64,000 nt of DNA from the human T2T-CHM13v2.0 reference genome, Homo sapiens (GCF_009914755.1 NC_060947.1), one strand, 5' to 3'; positions 29,909 through 40,825 are shown, counted from the first letter of the stretch. Program-made: numbers and translations. Notes: generated by a model not told the origin, from the letters alone.

Positions 29909-31139
29909 AACTATCATACAGAGTATGTGCTGTAGTAATTTCAGGAAACAGAAGGTCAGAGGGCTCCTTTGGGAAATATTTCAGATCCATAGCATGCTGC
30001 TGAGGTTTTGTAATTTTGAAATATAGGTGAGTACCAAAGAGACAGACAAACTAGAAAATGACCTGAAAAAATTTCAGATAGCAAGCAGCAAAGTTTTCAG
30101 ACTCCATTAGCTTTTAATTGGTAGTCATGCAAATACTACTGCAAATCCAGGGGACAATTTAATGGACTTTTGGGAAGAGCAGAATTTTTAGAGAGTGCTG
30201 TTAATAGTCGTAAGAATAGTTGCAGTGACTAATCCTACTCCAAAGATATCATCACCCTCCCACCTTATAGAGCCTCTCCACTTCCCCCATTCAGTTCTAA
30301 ACTGCCTGGTTTAGAAGGCAGGCAGGCATTTTGAAGCAGGTTAGATTCATGGATCTTAAAGACCTGTTTCTCTCCTTCTATCTCACAGCCCCTTTTCCCT
30401 GTCTTTTATGCTCTGTAGAGTCCCCCAGGGTATTTTCTTCCAGTGACAAAATATATGGCTACTGCCAATGTTCAGTTCACTAAGTATTGATGAATCACCA
30501 GGTACATGAATGCTCCACTCGATTCTCTGGGACCAAGAAAGATAACGAAAAGTCACTGTAAAAAATGTCCCTCATTGGTACAAATGAACTACAGAACCCT
30601 ATGGTTTTTGGCATGGAAAATTAATAGGGAATGAATTCCTTCATTAGGGAAGCATAGCTGGCCAAGCAACCCTGGATGTGTCTATTTCCTGGAATTTTAA
30701 CAGTCCCCCTCACCAAGCACAGATCTCAGATCCCACCACAGGCAACTCACAACATCCTCAGTCCCAGCCCTCTTCCATATTCTGGTCTGTGAGGCCAGAC
30801 CAACTTCTTAACCACCTTACTGTTTTCTTTGCCTCCCAACTCTGGCTGGCCCAGAGGTGTATGCCTTACTTCCTGCAGAACATTTTCTACACTTCCCTAA
30901 GCTTTACTTGGGTCAGGACTGAGCTGCTCAGACTTTCTTAACCCCTACTTCTCCATCCCACCTTCCACCTGGGAAATTCTCATCTTCCCCAGGTGATAGT
31001 TTTAACTTGGTGAGTTATACCAAAATGAAGCTCAGTCTTCAGCTGAGACCCAGCTTCCAACATGGAAGGGAGAGCCATTCTCCATTACAGGCCCCCAGTG
31101 CTACAGAAAGGGAGCCATAACATTCACACAGCAAGAATT

Positions 31140-31430
31140 ATGTATTTGTGGTAACAGGGGGGCCATGCTCAGTCTCATTCAAGTATGAGAAGCTTACCAT
31201 AAAGCAGGAGAAATAGAACACATGCAAAAGTAACTCAAGAAATAGAATATGACAAATGTACTCAGTGGCACTGATGGAGTAGTAAAGGGGCATAAATGAG
31301 GGAGAAAACTTTTCTGAGTGTTTAAGCACAGCTTGAAGAAATGAGAGGCTTTTGAACTGGATCTTAAAGAACGAAAAAGGTTTCCATAGCAGAGATGGGC
31401 AAAAGGACAGGCAAAGAGAAAAAGCAAACC
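31140..31430 (-). mobile_element. L2 fragment
   Basis: Degenerate antisense L2 motifs (agcttaccat...gaggcttttgaactggatcttaaaga). Confidence 0.4.
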
Positions 31431-31602
31431 ACACAGTGGGCAAAAGGAGGCGTTCCTCGGGTGTAGAAAAAAGTACACTAGGACGTGAGTCTAAAGAGCT
31501 GGGTGGGTGTGAGTATCCAAAGCCATCTCCTATGGGCTTCTTAAATGTTTTGCCTATTAACTTTTTATTTTAAACTTGAATAAAACTTTGTCCCTGTCTT
31601 AA

Positions 31603-31842
<240 letters not shown>

Positions 31843-34015
31843 ATGTATTCTGCCTTCAGACCATCTAGTACCTGCTGGTACTCTGAACAAGTATATAAGG
31901 TAGTTTTTATATCAATGTGTGGAACACTTGACAAGCTATACTTTAATGTTACCAAACTATATGAAACAAACCATATATGGTCACAATACCACTATCTTTA
32001 ATGAGCATTTGTATATTTTATATGCAACAGTGCTCAGCTTATGTTTACCATGTGCAAAATCAACTGTCTTTAATGACTTAAAATTAACTTTTGCAAACAA
32101 TTCTAAATACAGGTGGTCTTCAAGTAGTAAAACCACAAAAGGCAGTTTTCTATCTATGGTCATCTTTTCTCCCTTTAAGTTAATTTTATATAAACAAGAC
32201 TTCAAAAGTAAATCACATTTTTTCAGGTGCAGACATCCTTGTGGGTGGGAAAGAATTTAAACCTTTTTTATATTTATTAAAATGTTCTAAGAATTTTCTT
32301 AAACATTGCACAAAGTTTAATGCTGTAGTTTTATTTTTGTGAAATGTAGATGCGCATACAAGAGCTAAGCAAAATAGAAGAGCATCGACATAAGAAAAGT
32401 TCAGGTATCTAATATTCGTCTTAATAGTCTATTAACTTGTGAAAGCTAAGTTAATGGAAATATTATTCCAAATCTATGAGAACACTTGGTGTATCAGGGC
32501 AAAGCTTTGTAAGATGTTTTTGTAACTAAGACCAAAATTGAAGATAGAGCTGCTTTATTTTCTTGGTTTAAATCTTCCTTTATTTTTGTAGTGATGAGAT
32601 GCTGATTGTGTACAGAAGAATTTGAGAGGGGATTTTTAAAAACTGACTTAACACACCCAGAAAGGCAGCTAACAGCTATATATATATATAAATTTCAGCC
32701 CAAACTCATGTTTTTAAACTCCAACTCTTAAAAGACAACAAGGTATAAACTGAAATGAATCAACTTTCCACTTAGTTTCCAATTTTCCCCTAGTCCACTA
32801 ATTAAACTTAGGTAATTATACTTCAGGTAGGGAAGTACAATATGTTTAGTTTCAGGCTGATGTGTGTTATAAAAAACAACACTGAAAAATAAAAATGTAC
32901 TTCCCTTCTAAGGAGCAAGCAGGTGATGGTCATTCAAAGAGATGTCACATTGAATTATGAGAGAAACAATTTAGAGGTTTTTTTCCTGGCTTCATGAATT
33001 GTTCTATAGAGTGGATGAAGTCTAAGGAAAAGTCCTCTTCATATATTTCCATTTATAAGCGTCTTGTTTTTGAAAGTGATCACAGCATGAAAATGACTGT
33101 GCTGCTTTTTAGTGTCTGGCTGCATAATGTACAAGTCACAATTTGCTGTTTTTTTCAGGAGGAGAAAGGGAACCTCCTTTACTATTCTATATCCTAAAAT
33201 CTACTTCTAATCAGCTTTATACTGTTGCCTGTACAGCTCAGTGAATGTACTTTCATCTTTAAGAGTTCAGATATATGCCAGTGAATATTTTTGCTGTAGA
33301 GGAGAAAGTAAAAACTCCACAGCGGGGATCTTTTTCTTTGCTTTTGAAACCACCATTGAATCACTATCGTTTTGCAGACTTTGCACAACTGTACAGGAGA
33401 GTGGCCTTTCTACAGCACATTTTCAGTAATCCTATATTTAGTCAAAATGGATGAGAAATCATGTATTAATGTTTGTATGGAATTTTGGGTCCAGTGTAAT
33501 ATTTTTATCATTTAAAAAGAACTCTATTTGTAAAAACATTTATTTACTGCATGGATATTGACGCACATTAAATTTGTGGGATTTTGTATATGTAAAAAAA
33601 AAAAAAAAAAAAAAAACAAAAAACCTCTTGTCCTAAAATGAAGTGTGCTTGTTAACAGGTGTTTAGACTTATTGATGTTTACTAGACCAAATGTGTATGT
33701 TCACTTAAAAATATATGTACCTGATGGATGTGTCATGTTTACAGTGGCCAGGTTGTGGCCTGTAAACAGCAAGCAGTTGACGGGAAGACTAGCTCTGTTG
33801 CTACTAAGCAGCTTTTACTTTTGTAAAGTCAGCTCTGTTGTTTTAAATGGTAAAAATTAAACTAATGAATTTGACAAGACTCGTGGCTAGCCTAGCATGA
33901 AAGAGACCTTTTAACACTATATAATATCTGTACATTTTATTGCATTCGTTTCAAATCTAGGAGAGAGGCAGCACTGTAAACTGAAGTCAAATAAATTCAG
34001 CTCTTAATGAATCCT
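31843..34015 (+). other. CNKSR2: CNKSR2 long-isoform 3'UTR
   Basis: AT-rich, TE-free stretch from the stop codon to the AATAAA at 33990. Confidence 0.8.
33990..33995 (+). terminator. CNKSR2 distal poly(A) signal
   Basis: AATAAA preceded by TGTA at 33929 and 33975. Confidence 0.8.
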
Positions 34016-35175
34016 TATAAAGCACCTACTTTATTCATGCAAAGTCCTTACCACATTTCTTTGTGACCTAATTATACAGCCACCACCCCCCACCCTAGTT
34101 TCGAGTTCTAACTTTGCTGCCTCATTGGTGATACAAGCCAAAAGCAGCACCTGTTCAGTATATACAAGTGTCTTATCTAAGACCCTGAAAAATCAAGCTC
34201 GTTTCCCATTTACCTGAGACGAAGTTTAAAACTTTACCTATTCCTCTTTCCTTTCTCTGTGATTCTTTTGGGGGAAGTGGGGGTAACCACCAAAAATTGA
34301 TTTTTTTTTACAAATATAATCTACAGTATGTCTGCAGAATGAACATTTAAAAGAGTATGAAAGAAATCAGTTTTTGTTTTGTTTTGGTTAGACATTCCAC
34401 TTAACCAGAGGATCCTGATTATTATGGCTAAGGGTTGATGAAATGTGACTTAAAACCAGTGAGCTGTCTAAAGTCAGGGCAAAAGCAGCCTAGGGTGACA
34501 CCGGTGACAGAAAAATTTAAGGATACTTTCTAGATTAAAAAAAAGTGCTTAGAGATTTTTTTTTTCCTTCTCAGTTCCATATTTATATCAAACCATCAGA
34601 GCAGAACTGTAACCATGGCTCCGGATCATAAAATCATAGTTCTCCTTACAATGATTTCATGGTATTTAACCAAGGCACTCTCCTTTCACTATTTATTCAG
34701 ATAATGCCATCTCCTAGGACTTAATTACAGCCTTTATAGCCAACAATTTTCTGAGTTTTGTATAAACTTCCTGTGGTACATTTTTTGGCCTTTTTTTTTT
34801 TTTTTTTTTTTTGGCACATAAGTAATCACTGTTTTGCACCTAGGGAAACACTTTAACTGTAAGAGGGAAAATAAGGTCATATTTTATTTGTGAAAGTCCT
34901 TCTCTAGCCTTGCGTGAGCCTTTCTAAAAATTTTCTTTCACCAGCTCACTGAAGTTGATTCATATAGCCTTCTATTTGACCCCCCGCCCCGCTGTCTCCC
35001 ATTCTCAGCTCAAGGAGAAATGTTTCTCTTTGCTCAAGGCCTTGTTTGCCTGTTAACCTTCAGAAGCCACTCTGCTCCCAGAATCCCTTTCTTAGAAAAA
35101 GCCCATCCGTTGCTCTGTAAGACTAACCAAGCGCGACTTTCTCCTCCATTGCGGAAGGAAACCGGACTGACCCAT
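34010..35175 (-). other. KLHL34: KLHL34 3'UTR
   Basis: Between the KLHL34 stop (TGA 35176-35178) and the minus-strand AATAAA at 34030-34035; proximal minus-strand AATAAA also at 34692 and 34883. Confidence 0.65.
34030..34035 (-). terminator. KLHL34 poly(A) signal
   Basis: tttatt on + = AATAAA on -; minus-strand TGTA at 34075-34078 lies upstream of it. Confidence 0.7.
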
Positions 35176-37110
35176 TCAGCCCAGCACCAAATCTAGCGCC
35201 TCTCCAACCTCTCCCTCCCTCTCGTCGTCCCCACCCTCGGCCAGCTGCAGCACTGCGCACCGCAGGCCGCTCCAGGCCCAGGGCAACGCGCAGCCGATGT
35301 CCTCCCAACGGTCCAGGTCGAGGTCGTAGCCCACTACGTTGCGGGTAGGCACCTGGCGCGAGTCCCGCCACTTGAGGCCGCCCAGCAGCAACGCTGTCTC
35401 CTCGACCACGGCCAGCCCATAGCAGAAGCGGTCGTAGGGCAGCGGCCGCAACCGAGTCCACTGGTCGGCGCCGGGGTCGTAGCGCTCGATCTCAGAGAAG
35501 GGCTCGTATCGCCCCAGAAAAGCAAACACAGCGCCGCGCAGCACTGCCATGTGGTGCCCGAAACGTGCGGTGCCCATGGGTGCCTTCTTGCTCCAAACCT
35601 GCTCCTCAGGGCCCAGGACGTATAAGTCCCGGAGGCTGCTCGCTCCGCCCTCGCCTCTCCCTGCCTTGCCCCCCGAGATGTACACAACACCGCGGTCCCC
35701 GACGGCCCCCGCGTGACCGTGCAGAGCCCGCGGTAGTGCCCCAGCCGCCGTCCAGCGGTCCCGACGCAGGTCGTACATCTCCACCGAGGCCAGCACCTCA
35801 CCGCCCGCACCCAGGCCCCCGACGGCCAGGAGCCTCTCGCCCACCGCGCCGCACCAGAAGTGGGCCCGCGCTTCCCGCATGGCGGGCACTTCCGTCCAAG
35901 CGTGGAAGCGCGGGTCGTAACGGTGCACTTGGGCCGTGACCACCCGCGAGTCGTCGGCCAGGGGAGAGGATGCACTGCCGGAAGGGCTCTCCCCACCCAG
36001 GACAAACAGGAAGTTGCCCGCGGTGCACACGCTGTGCCCCAGCAGTGGTGTGGGTAGCTGCGTAAGGCTGCGCCAGCGGTGATTGTACACATCGAAGGCC
36101 ACCACGTTCTGGGTGAGCTCCCACTCCTCCTCCTCCTCCTCTTCCTCCAACTCTTCCTCTTCTTCCTCGGGCTCTGGGGCGGCGACCTGGCCCCTAGCTG
36201 CCCTCTGCGGGGCCGCGACCTCCTCAATCACCACCTCCCGTGCCCTGCGCCCCCCCACCAACAAGATGCGGGTCTGGGGGCTCCGGATGCTGGTCTGCTC
36301 GCCCTGCATGAGCGGCTGGCGGGAGGGCGTCGTGTGGTAGTTGAGGGCCTGGATGATGAGGCCCTTGACCCGGGCGGGCAGCACGAGGCCAGAGCCCGAG
36401 TACACGCGCCGCAGTACGTCGGCGGGAACCAGGCCAAAGCGGACACGCTCCAGCAACTCTGTACAGTGTGCCAGGCGCTCAGTTGTGGGCTCCTGCCGCA
36501 ACCAAGCTAACGCCAGGCCCAGTAGCCGGGCCTCGGGCACCCGCGCCACGTCGGGGGCACCCAGTACAGCCCTCAGCGATGTAGGGTTGAGCTCCAGGAG
36601 TCCCGCGGGGCCCGCGCCCCGCGCCAGCAGCTCCTGCAAGTGGCTCACGATGCAGCGCTCGGCCGCGTCCAGCGTGTGAGCCAGGCCAAAGCGCGCTGCC
36701 ACGTTGGCGGCGAAGCAGCAGTTCTCTGGAGCCAGCTGGCGCTCCAAGTAGCGCCCACAGAGCCCCAGGGCCTCAGTGACCTGCAGGTAGCTGGCGGCCT
36801 CCAGAGTGTCCTCTACAGTGTCCATGGAAAGCGACAGCCAGGCAGTGTAGATGAAGTCCAGCAGGCGCTGCAGGCCGGCTGCCGATGGCACGTGCAGGTG
36901 GATCACGCGCGCCCGGGATTCCTGGGTGTGGCTCTTGAACAGGGCCCTGAAGTAGTCACTGGAGCACGCCAGGAGCGACCTGTGCGCCGGGAATTCGCTG
37001 CCCTCGGTCTCCAGTGTCACGTCGCACAGGAAGCCCTCGGCGCGCAGGGCCTGGTAGCCGGTGAGCAGCGCGCCGCCATGAGCTTTGCAGTAAGACAGGA
37101 AGTAACTCAT
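35176..37110 (-). CDS. KLHL34: Kelch-like protein 34 (BTB-BACK-Kelch, putative CUL3 adaptor), intronless, 644 aa
   Basis: ATG at 37110 (gtagaATGa), MSYFLSYCKAHGG...; BTB (LCDVTL...FPAHRSLLACSSDYFRALF), BACK and six GG...YD...W kelch repeats; 1935 nt uninterrupted. Confidence 0.97.
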   Translation of the reverse strand: MSYFLSYCKAHGGALLTGYQALRAEGFLCDVTLETEGSEFPAHRSLLACSSDYFRALFKSHTQESRARVIHLHVPSAAGLQRLLDFIYTAWLSLSMDTVEDTLEAASYLQVTEALGLCGRYLERQLAPENCCFAANVAARFGLAHTLDAAERCIVSHLQELLARGAGPAGLLELNPTSLRAVLGAPDVARVPEARLLGLALAWLRQEPTTERLAHCTELLERVRFGLVPADVLRRVYSGSGLVLPARVKGLIIQALNYHTTPSRQPLMQGEQTSIRSPQTRILLVGGRRAREVVIEEVAAPQRAARGQVAAPEPEEEEEELEEEEEEEEWELTQNVVAFDVYNHRWRSLTQLPTPLLGHSVCTAGNFLFVLGGESPSGSASSPLADDSRVVTAQVHRYDPRFHAWTEVPAMREARAHFWCGAVGERLLAVGGLGAGGEVLASVEMYDLRRDRWTAAGALPRALHGHAGAVGDRGVVYISGGKAGRGEGGASSLRDLYVLGPEEQVWSKKAPMGTARFGHHMAVLRGAVFAFLGRYEPFSEIERYDPGADQWTRLRPLPYDRFCYGLAVVEETALLLGGLKWRDSRQVPTRNVVGYDLDLDRWEDIGCALPWAWSGLRCAVLQLAEGGDDEREGEVGEALDLVLG

Positions 37111-37172
37111 TCTACCCAGGGCTGGAAGCAGCCTGGTGGGACCAGAGGCCTGCTGGGCAGGGCCGGAGGCAT
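37107..37172 (-). other. KLHL34 upstream ORF MPPALPSRPLVPPGCFQPWVE* overlapping the main start (ATGA)
   Basis: cgggATGc at 37172; TGA 37107-37109 overlaps the KLHL34 ATG 37108-37110. Confidence 0.6.
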
Positions 37173-38805
37173 CCCGGGGCACAACACTCCCGGGACCCCC
37201 GCGTAAGCCACAGAGCCCCTAGCAGGGGCCCATTTCTGCCTGCTCAGTTTAAAGCCCAGGGCTCCTTCATCCAGACCTGCAGATCGCCCAGTGCCCCTCT
37301 CAGAGCAAATCCAGTCTGGAAACGGTTTTCGGAGGCCCCTAGTAACGGAGGGCGCGGAATTTGGAGGCTTCCCGGGAGTGTGGGGCTTGGTTTCCACGAC
37401 TGCCGAGGCTTCCAGCGCGTTGCCCGAAGTCCCCTCCCCGGCCCAATGTGGAGAGCCCACACCTGCACGCCAGGGGCGGCGGTGGCTGCACACCATCACC
37501 TGGAAGAACCGAGTTGCCGGTGGACTCCGGGGGTGCTGGATGTCCGACGGCGCAGATGCGGCGTCCCGGGAGTGCAGGGCGAGGACTCTGACCTCTCCGG
37601 GGTGGACGAGGAGGACGGGTTCTGCGGGCACCCGCGAAGGCCGGGGACAACTGGTCACGGGGCAGTGGGGGGGTGAGCTTGTTCCGCGCGGAGGATCAAC
37701 TCAAAGCCTAGGGGATTAGGGAGGGGAGGGCGCAGGTCAGAGCGGCGGGTCAGAGGCGTGATTGGGCGCCGCACATAACATGCCGGTAGCTCACAGCGAC
37801 AGGAATAGCGCGCCGCCTCGGCCTCCCGGGCGCGCCCCGCCCCGTGCCCTGACTGCTGGCCGCGAACCGAGGGCACGGGCGCGGGTGAAGCGGCCCGGGC
37901 CAAGGGCTTGACTCCAGTGACCCTACTGGCCACCAGTGTCACCAGAGGGTCCCAGGAACCCGGTTGGGGTTGCGGGAGCCGGAGTTCACTGGAGAGGCAC
38001 GAGTCGCCGGAGCCCCTCGACCCGGTAGTGTCGGCGGAGGGGCGTCCGGCTGGGCAGGAGGAGTGTAGACCTCCCGGTGTCCCTGTGTCTGGGAAAGAAG
38101 CCCTGGCTCAACTTTCTGCTTTGAAGAGGCCCTAATTAATCCAGCGGGAGCGAGGATTAAGCTGCGACTTTGCGCGCTGACACCCAGTAGGCCGCTGCGC
38201 GCTGAAGAGGCACTGGCGGGAACCACGCCCGGGCGAATCCCAAGCTCCCCGCCAGCGGCGCTAGGTAACGTGTCCCTCACCTGGACTCACCCTTGAGAGA
38301 TTCTGGGCCTACTCTGAGCCCTTCCTGAGGCAGCTCGCGTCTCCCAGGCTGGCTCGTTTCACCTTTGTTCCCACGCCCGTTCCCAGACCTCACCTGAGTT
38401 TTCCCTTCCTATTCTTGGACCCTGCCCCGACCCATCCCTTTGCAGCATGAACAAGGAAACTGTGGTTGACTTGGATTTTCTGCCACTCATTGTACACTTC
38501 CTTTGGGGAAAAAAAAAAAAAGTCATTCCTTCCAATTTCTCTCCCCGATTTTCCACGCTCTGATCTAATTACTGGCTGCTACATCCTCGATGTTATCCCG
38601 GGATAATGAGCCGTACGGTTGCAAGCTCGGTAAAGCTGGAATTTCGTAGGGCCCTTCCTCATAAAGTTATTTTTTACAAGAAACGCCCCAGCATGGAAAT
38701 GACTAAAACCAGCCTGATCTTGAGACTTTAGGAAAGCATCTCTCCATCTCCATCCTGTTCTTAAATAACTAAATGATTAATATAACTGGTCTTTTTCTTT
38801 CTTTC

Positions 38806-38813
38806 TATTTATT

Positions 38814-38856
<43 letters not shown>

Positions 38857-38862
38857 TTTTTT
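38806..38862. repeat. (TTTA)n microsatellite
   Basis: Directly visible. Confidence 0.95.
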
Positions 38863-40072
38863 GCCAATTTGGAGACTTCTTTTGCTTTCATCTGGGATTG
38901 ATTTTTCTATTTTCTAGTGCAACCCCTCTGGCAGCCTTTTTTAGGTGAGCCTTTTGAGGGCATCTGTAATAACTCGTATTTCTGACAGCTGGGGTTGTAT
39001 TTCATAGGGAAAAACAGTTCAAGGAAGGATAAAATTATGTCATTTCCTACCTGGCATGCCATTAGTACTTACAAGGTCTCCAATTAGAAGTAATTCTTTA
39101 AATGCATAAAAGTATTAGTAAAATGATTTTGCTGTCAAAGATGAAACTGCATTATGACTTAAATTAGCCAAATTATAAAGTGCAGGCAGGGGCTCCAGTT
39201 GGGCTTCCTTAAACTCCAGAGGCTAAAAATACTCCAATTTGAATTCCTAATGTTAGAGCTAAAGCTGGGTTGGGAGGGCAGGTGCTGGATTTGTGGGGAT
39301 TTGGGGGTTTTAGCATTAAAATTATTGATTCACAAGTAAAATACCAGTTTGGTTCACTTTGCACAGATCTACATTTTGAATTCAAATGGCCTTTACCCAA
39401 CCCAATAGAATTTTGCTAGAAGGGATTTTTGAGATCATTTAGTCAAACTTTGTCCCTTTTCTCTGAAATCTTGTTTTTCTTTTTAAACAAATGTGACAAA
39501 CAAGCCCCAGTGAGAGTACGGTTTGTCTGGATGACTTGGATATTAAGTTACCAAGTCTGTACTAGAATCAAGGGCTCCCTCCCCACTATATTATGTGAGC
39601 TTATGTATGATAAAAATAAAATTGTGCAACACACAGTTTATTTAAGCCAAATAGGGTGATAAAGTACACTTATCCCCTTTTCAACTTAAAGCTGTTTAAG
39701 TAGGTCTTTTAAACAGCATATATTTAATCCAGAAATTGTATCTTATCCCATCTGATCTGTCCATCACCATGCTTCCAGATTGAATCCAAAATGTTACACT
39801 TACTTGAGAATAAAGATGCCGTGAGAGACTTTAAACTCTTAACATCAAAAATCCAGTTTTACATAACAAGTATGTGTTTATTGCTGGCCCAACATGCTAC
39901 CTTAACATATTTTGCCATTGAAGGTTTAATGAACTGTGTTAACTGAATATGTTTTCATATTAGGTGTGTTTATAAGACCTTCTTTAGAAAATGTAACTGT
40001 CAGTCTATCTAAAAAAACATTGTCCTTTGAGTAATATATATGAAAAATATAAGTATTTTAATTTCTGTGCAA

Positions 40073-40422
40073 TTTTTTATTTTTAATTTTTGTGGGTACA
40101 TGGTAGGTGTATATATTTATGGAGTACATGAGATGTTTTGATACATACATGCACTGTGAAATAAGCACATAATGAAGAATGGGATATCCATCCCTTAAGC
40201 ATTTATCCATTGAGTTGCCAACAATCCAATTGTACTCTTCATTTTAAAATGCACACTTCTTATTGACTATAGTCACCCTGTTGTGTTATCAAATAGTAGG
40301 TCTTATTCATTCGGTTTTTTAATCCACTAACCATCCTCACCTCCCCAGCCCCCACTACCCTTCCCAGCCTCTGGTAACCATCCTTCTACTCTCTGTGTCC
40401 ATGAGTTCAATTGTTTTGATTT
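40073..40422 (-). mobile_element. L1MA (approx. L1MA1/2) 3' end
   Basis: tttttgtgggtacatggtaggtgtatatatttatgg...cccagcctctggtaaccatccttctactctct; TSD tgtgcaat on both flanks. Confidence 0.85.
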
Positions 40423-40497
40423 GTGCAATATTAAGTATGCTAAATAAAATTTCAGTGTGTGCTTTTTAAAGTTGTTGTAGATGTGTATCTTAAGTTG

Positions 40498-40825
40498 GTG
40501 TCAGTCTGTTTCGGCTGCTATTACAAAACACCGTAGTCTGGGTAATTTATAAACAATAGAAATTTATTGCTTACAGTTCCAGAGGCTGATAAGTCCAATA
40601 TCAAATTGCCAGCAGATTTAGTGTCTAGTGAGGGCTCTCGCCTTCATAGGTGGTGCCTTCTGACTGTGTACGTAGCAGAGGGGTGAGGAGCTAACAAACT
40701 CCCTCAGGGCTCTTTTGTAATGACACTCCTCACCTCCCAAAAGTCACACTTCTTAATACTATCATATTGGAGATTAAGTTTCAACATATGAATTTCAGGA
40801 GGACGTATACATTCAGACCATAGCG
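40498..40825 (-). mobile_element. MLT1A-type MaLR solo LTR
   Basis: cagtctgtttcggctgctattacaaaacacc...aaatttattgcttacagttccagaggctg...acattcagaccatagc. Confidence 0.85.

Larger units (their letters stand above)
35120..38380. promoter_or_regulatory. CpG island covering the whole KLHL34 CDS, 5' leader and promoter
   Basis: Abrupt switch to very GC-rich, CpG-dense sequence; CCAAT (gattgg ~37760) and GC box (ccccgccc ~37835). Confidence 0.92.

Noticed and set aside
37111-37182. 24-aa N-terminal extension of KLHL34 in the ORF track (668 aa)
   Set aside because: It starts at GTG (37182), not ATG. The first in-frame ATG after the in-frame TAG at 37219-37221 is 37110, in good context, giving 644 aa.
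35123-37206. Many overlapping 100-300 aa ORFs on both strands within KLHL34
   Set aside because: Expected shadow ORFs of very GC-rich coding DNA; low-complexity R/P/A/G/S peptides with no domain signature.
38593-38606. 14-bp perfect palindrome TTATCCCGGGATAA
   Set aside because: One or more palindromes of this size are expected by chance in 64 kb; no other support.
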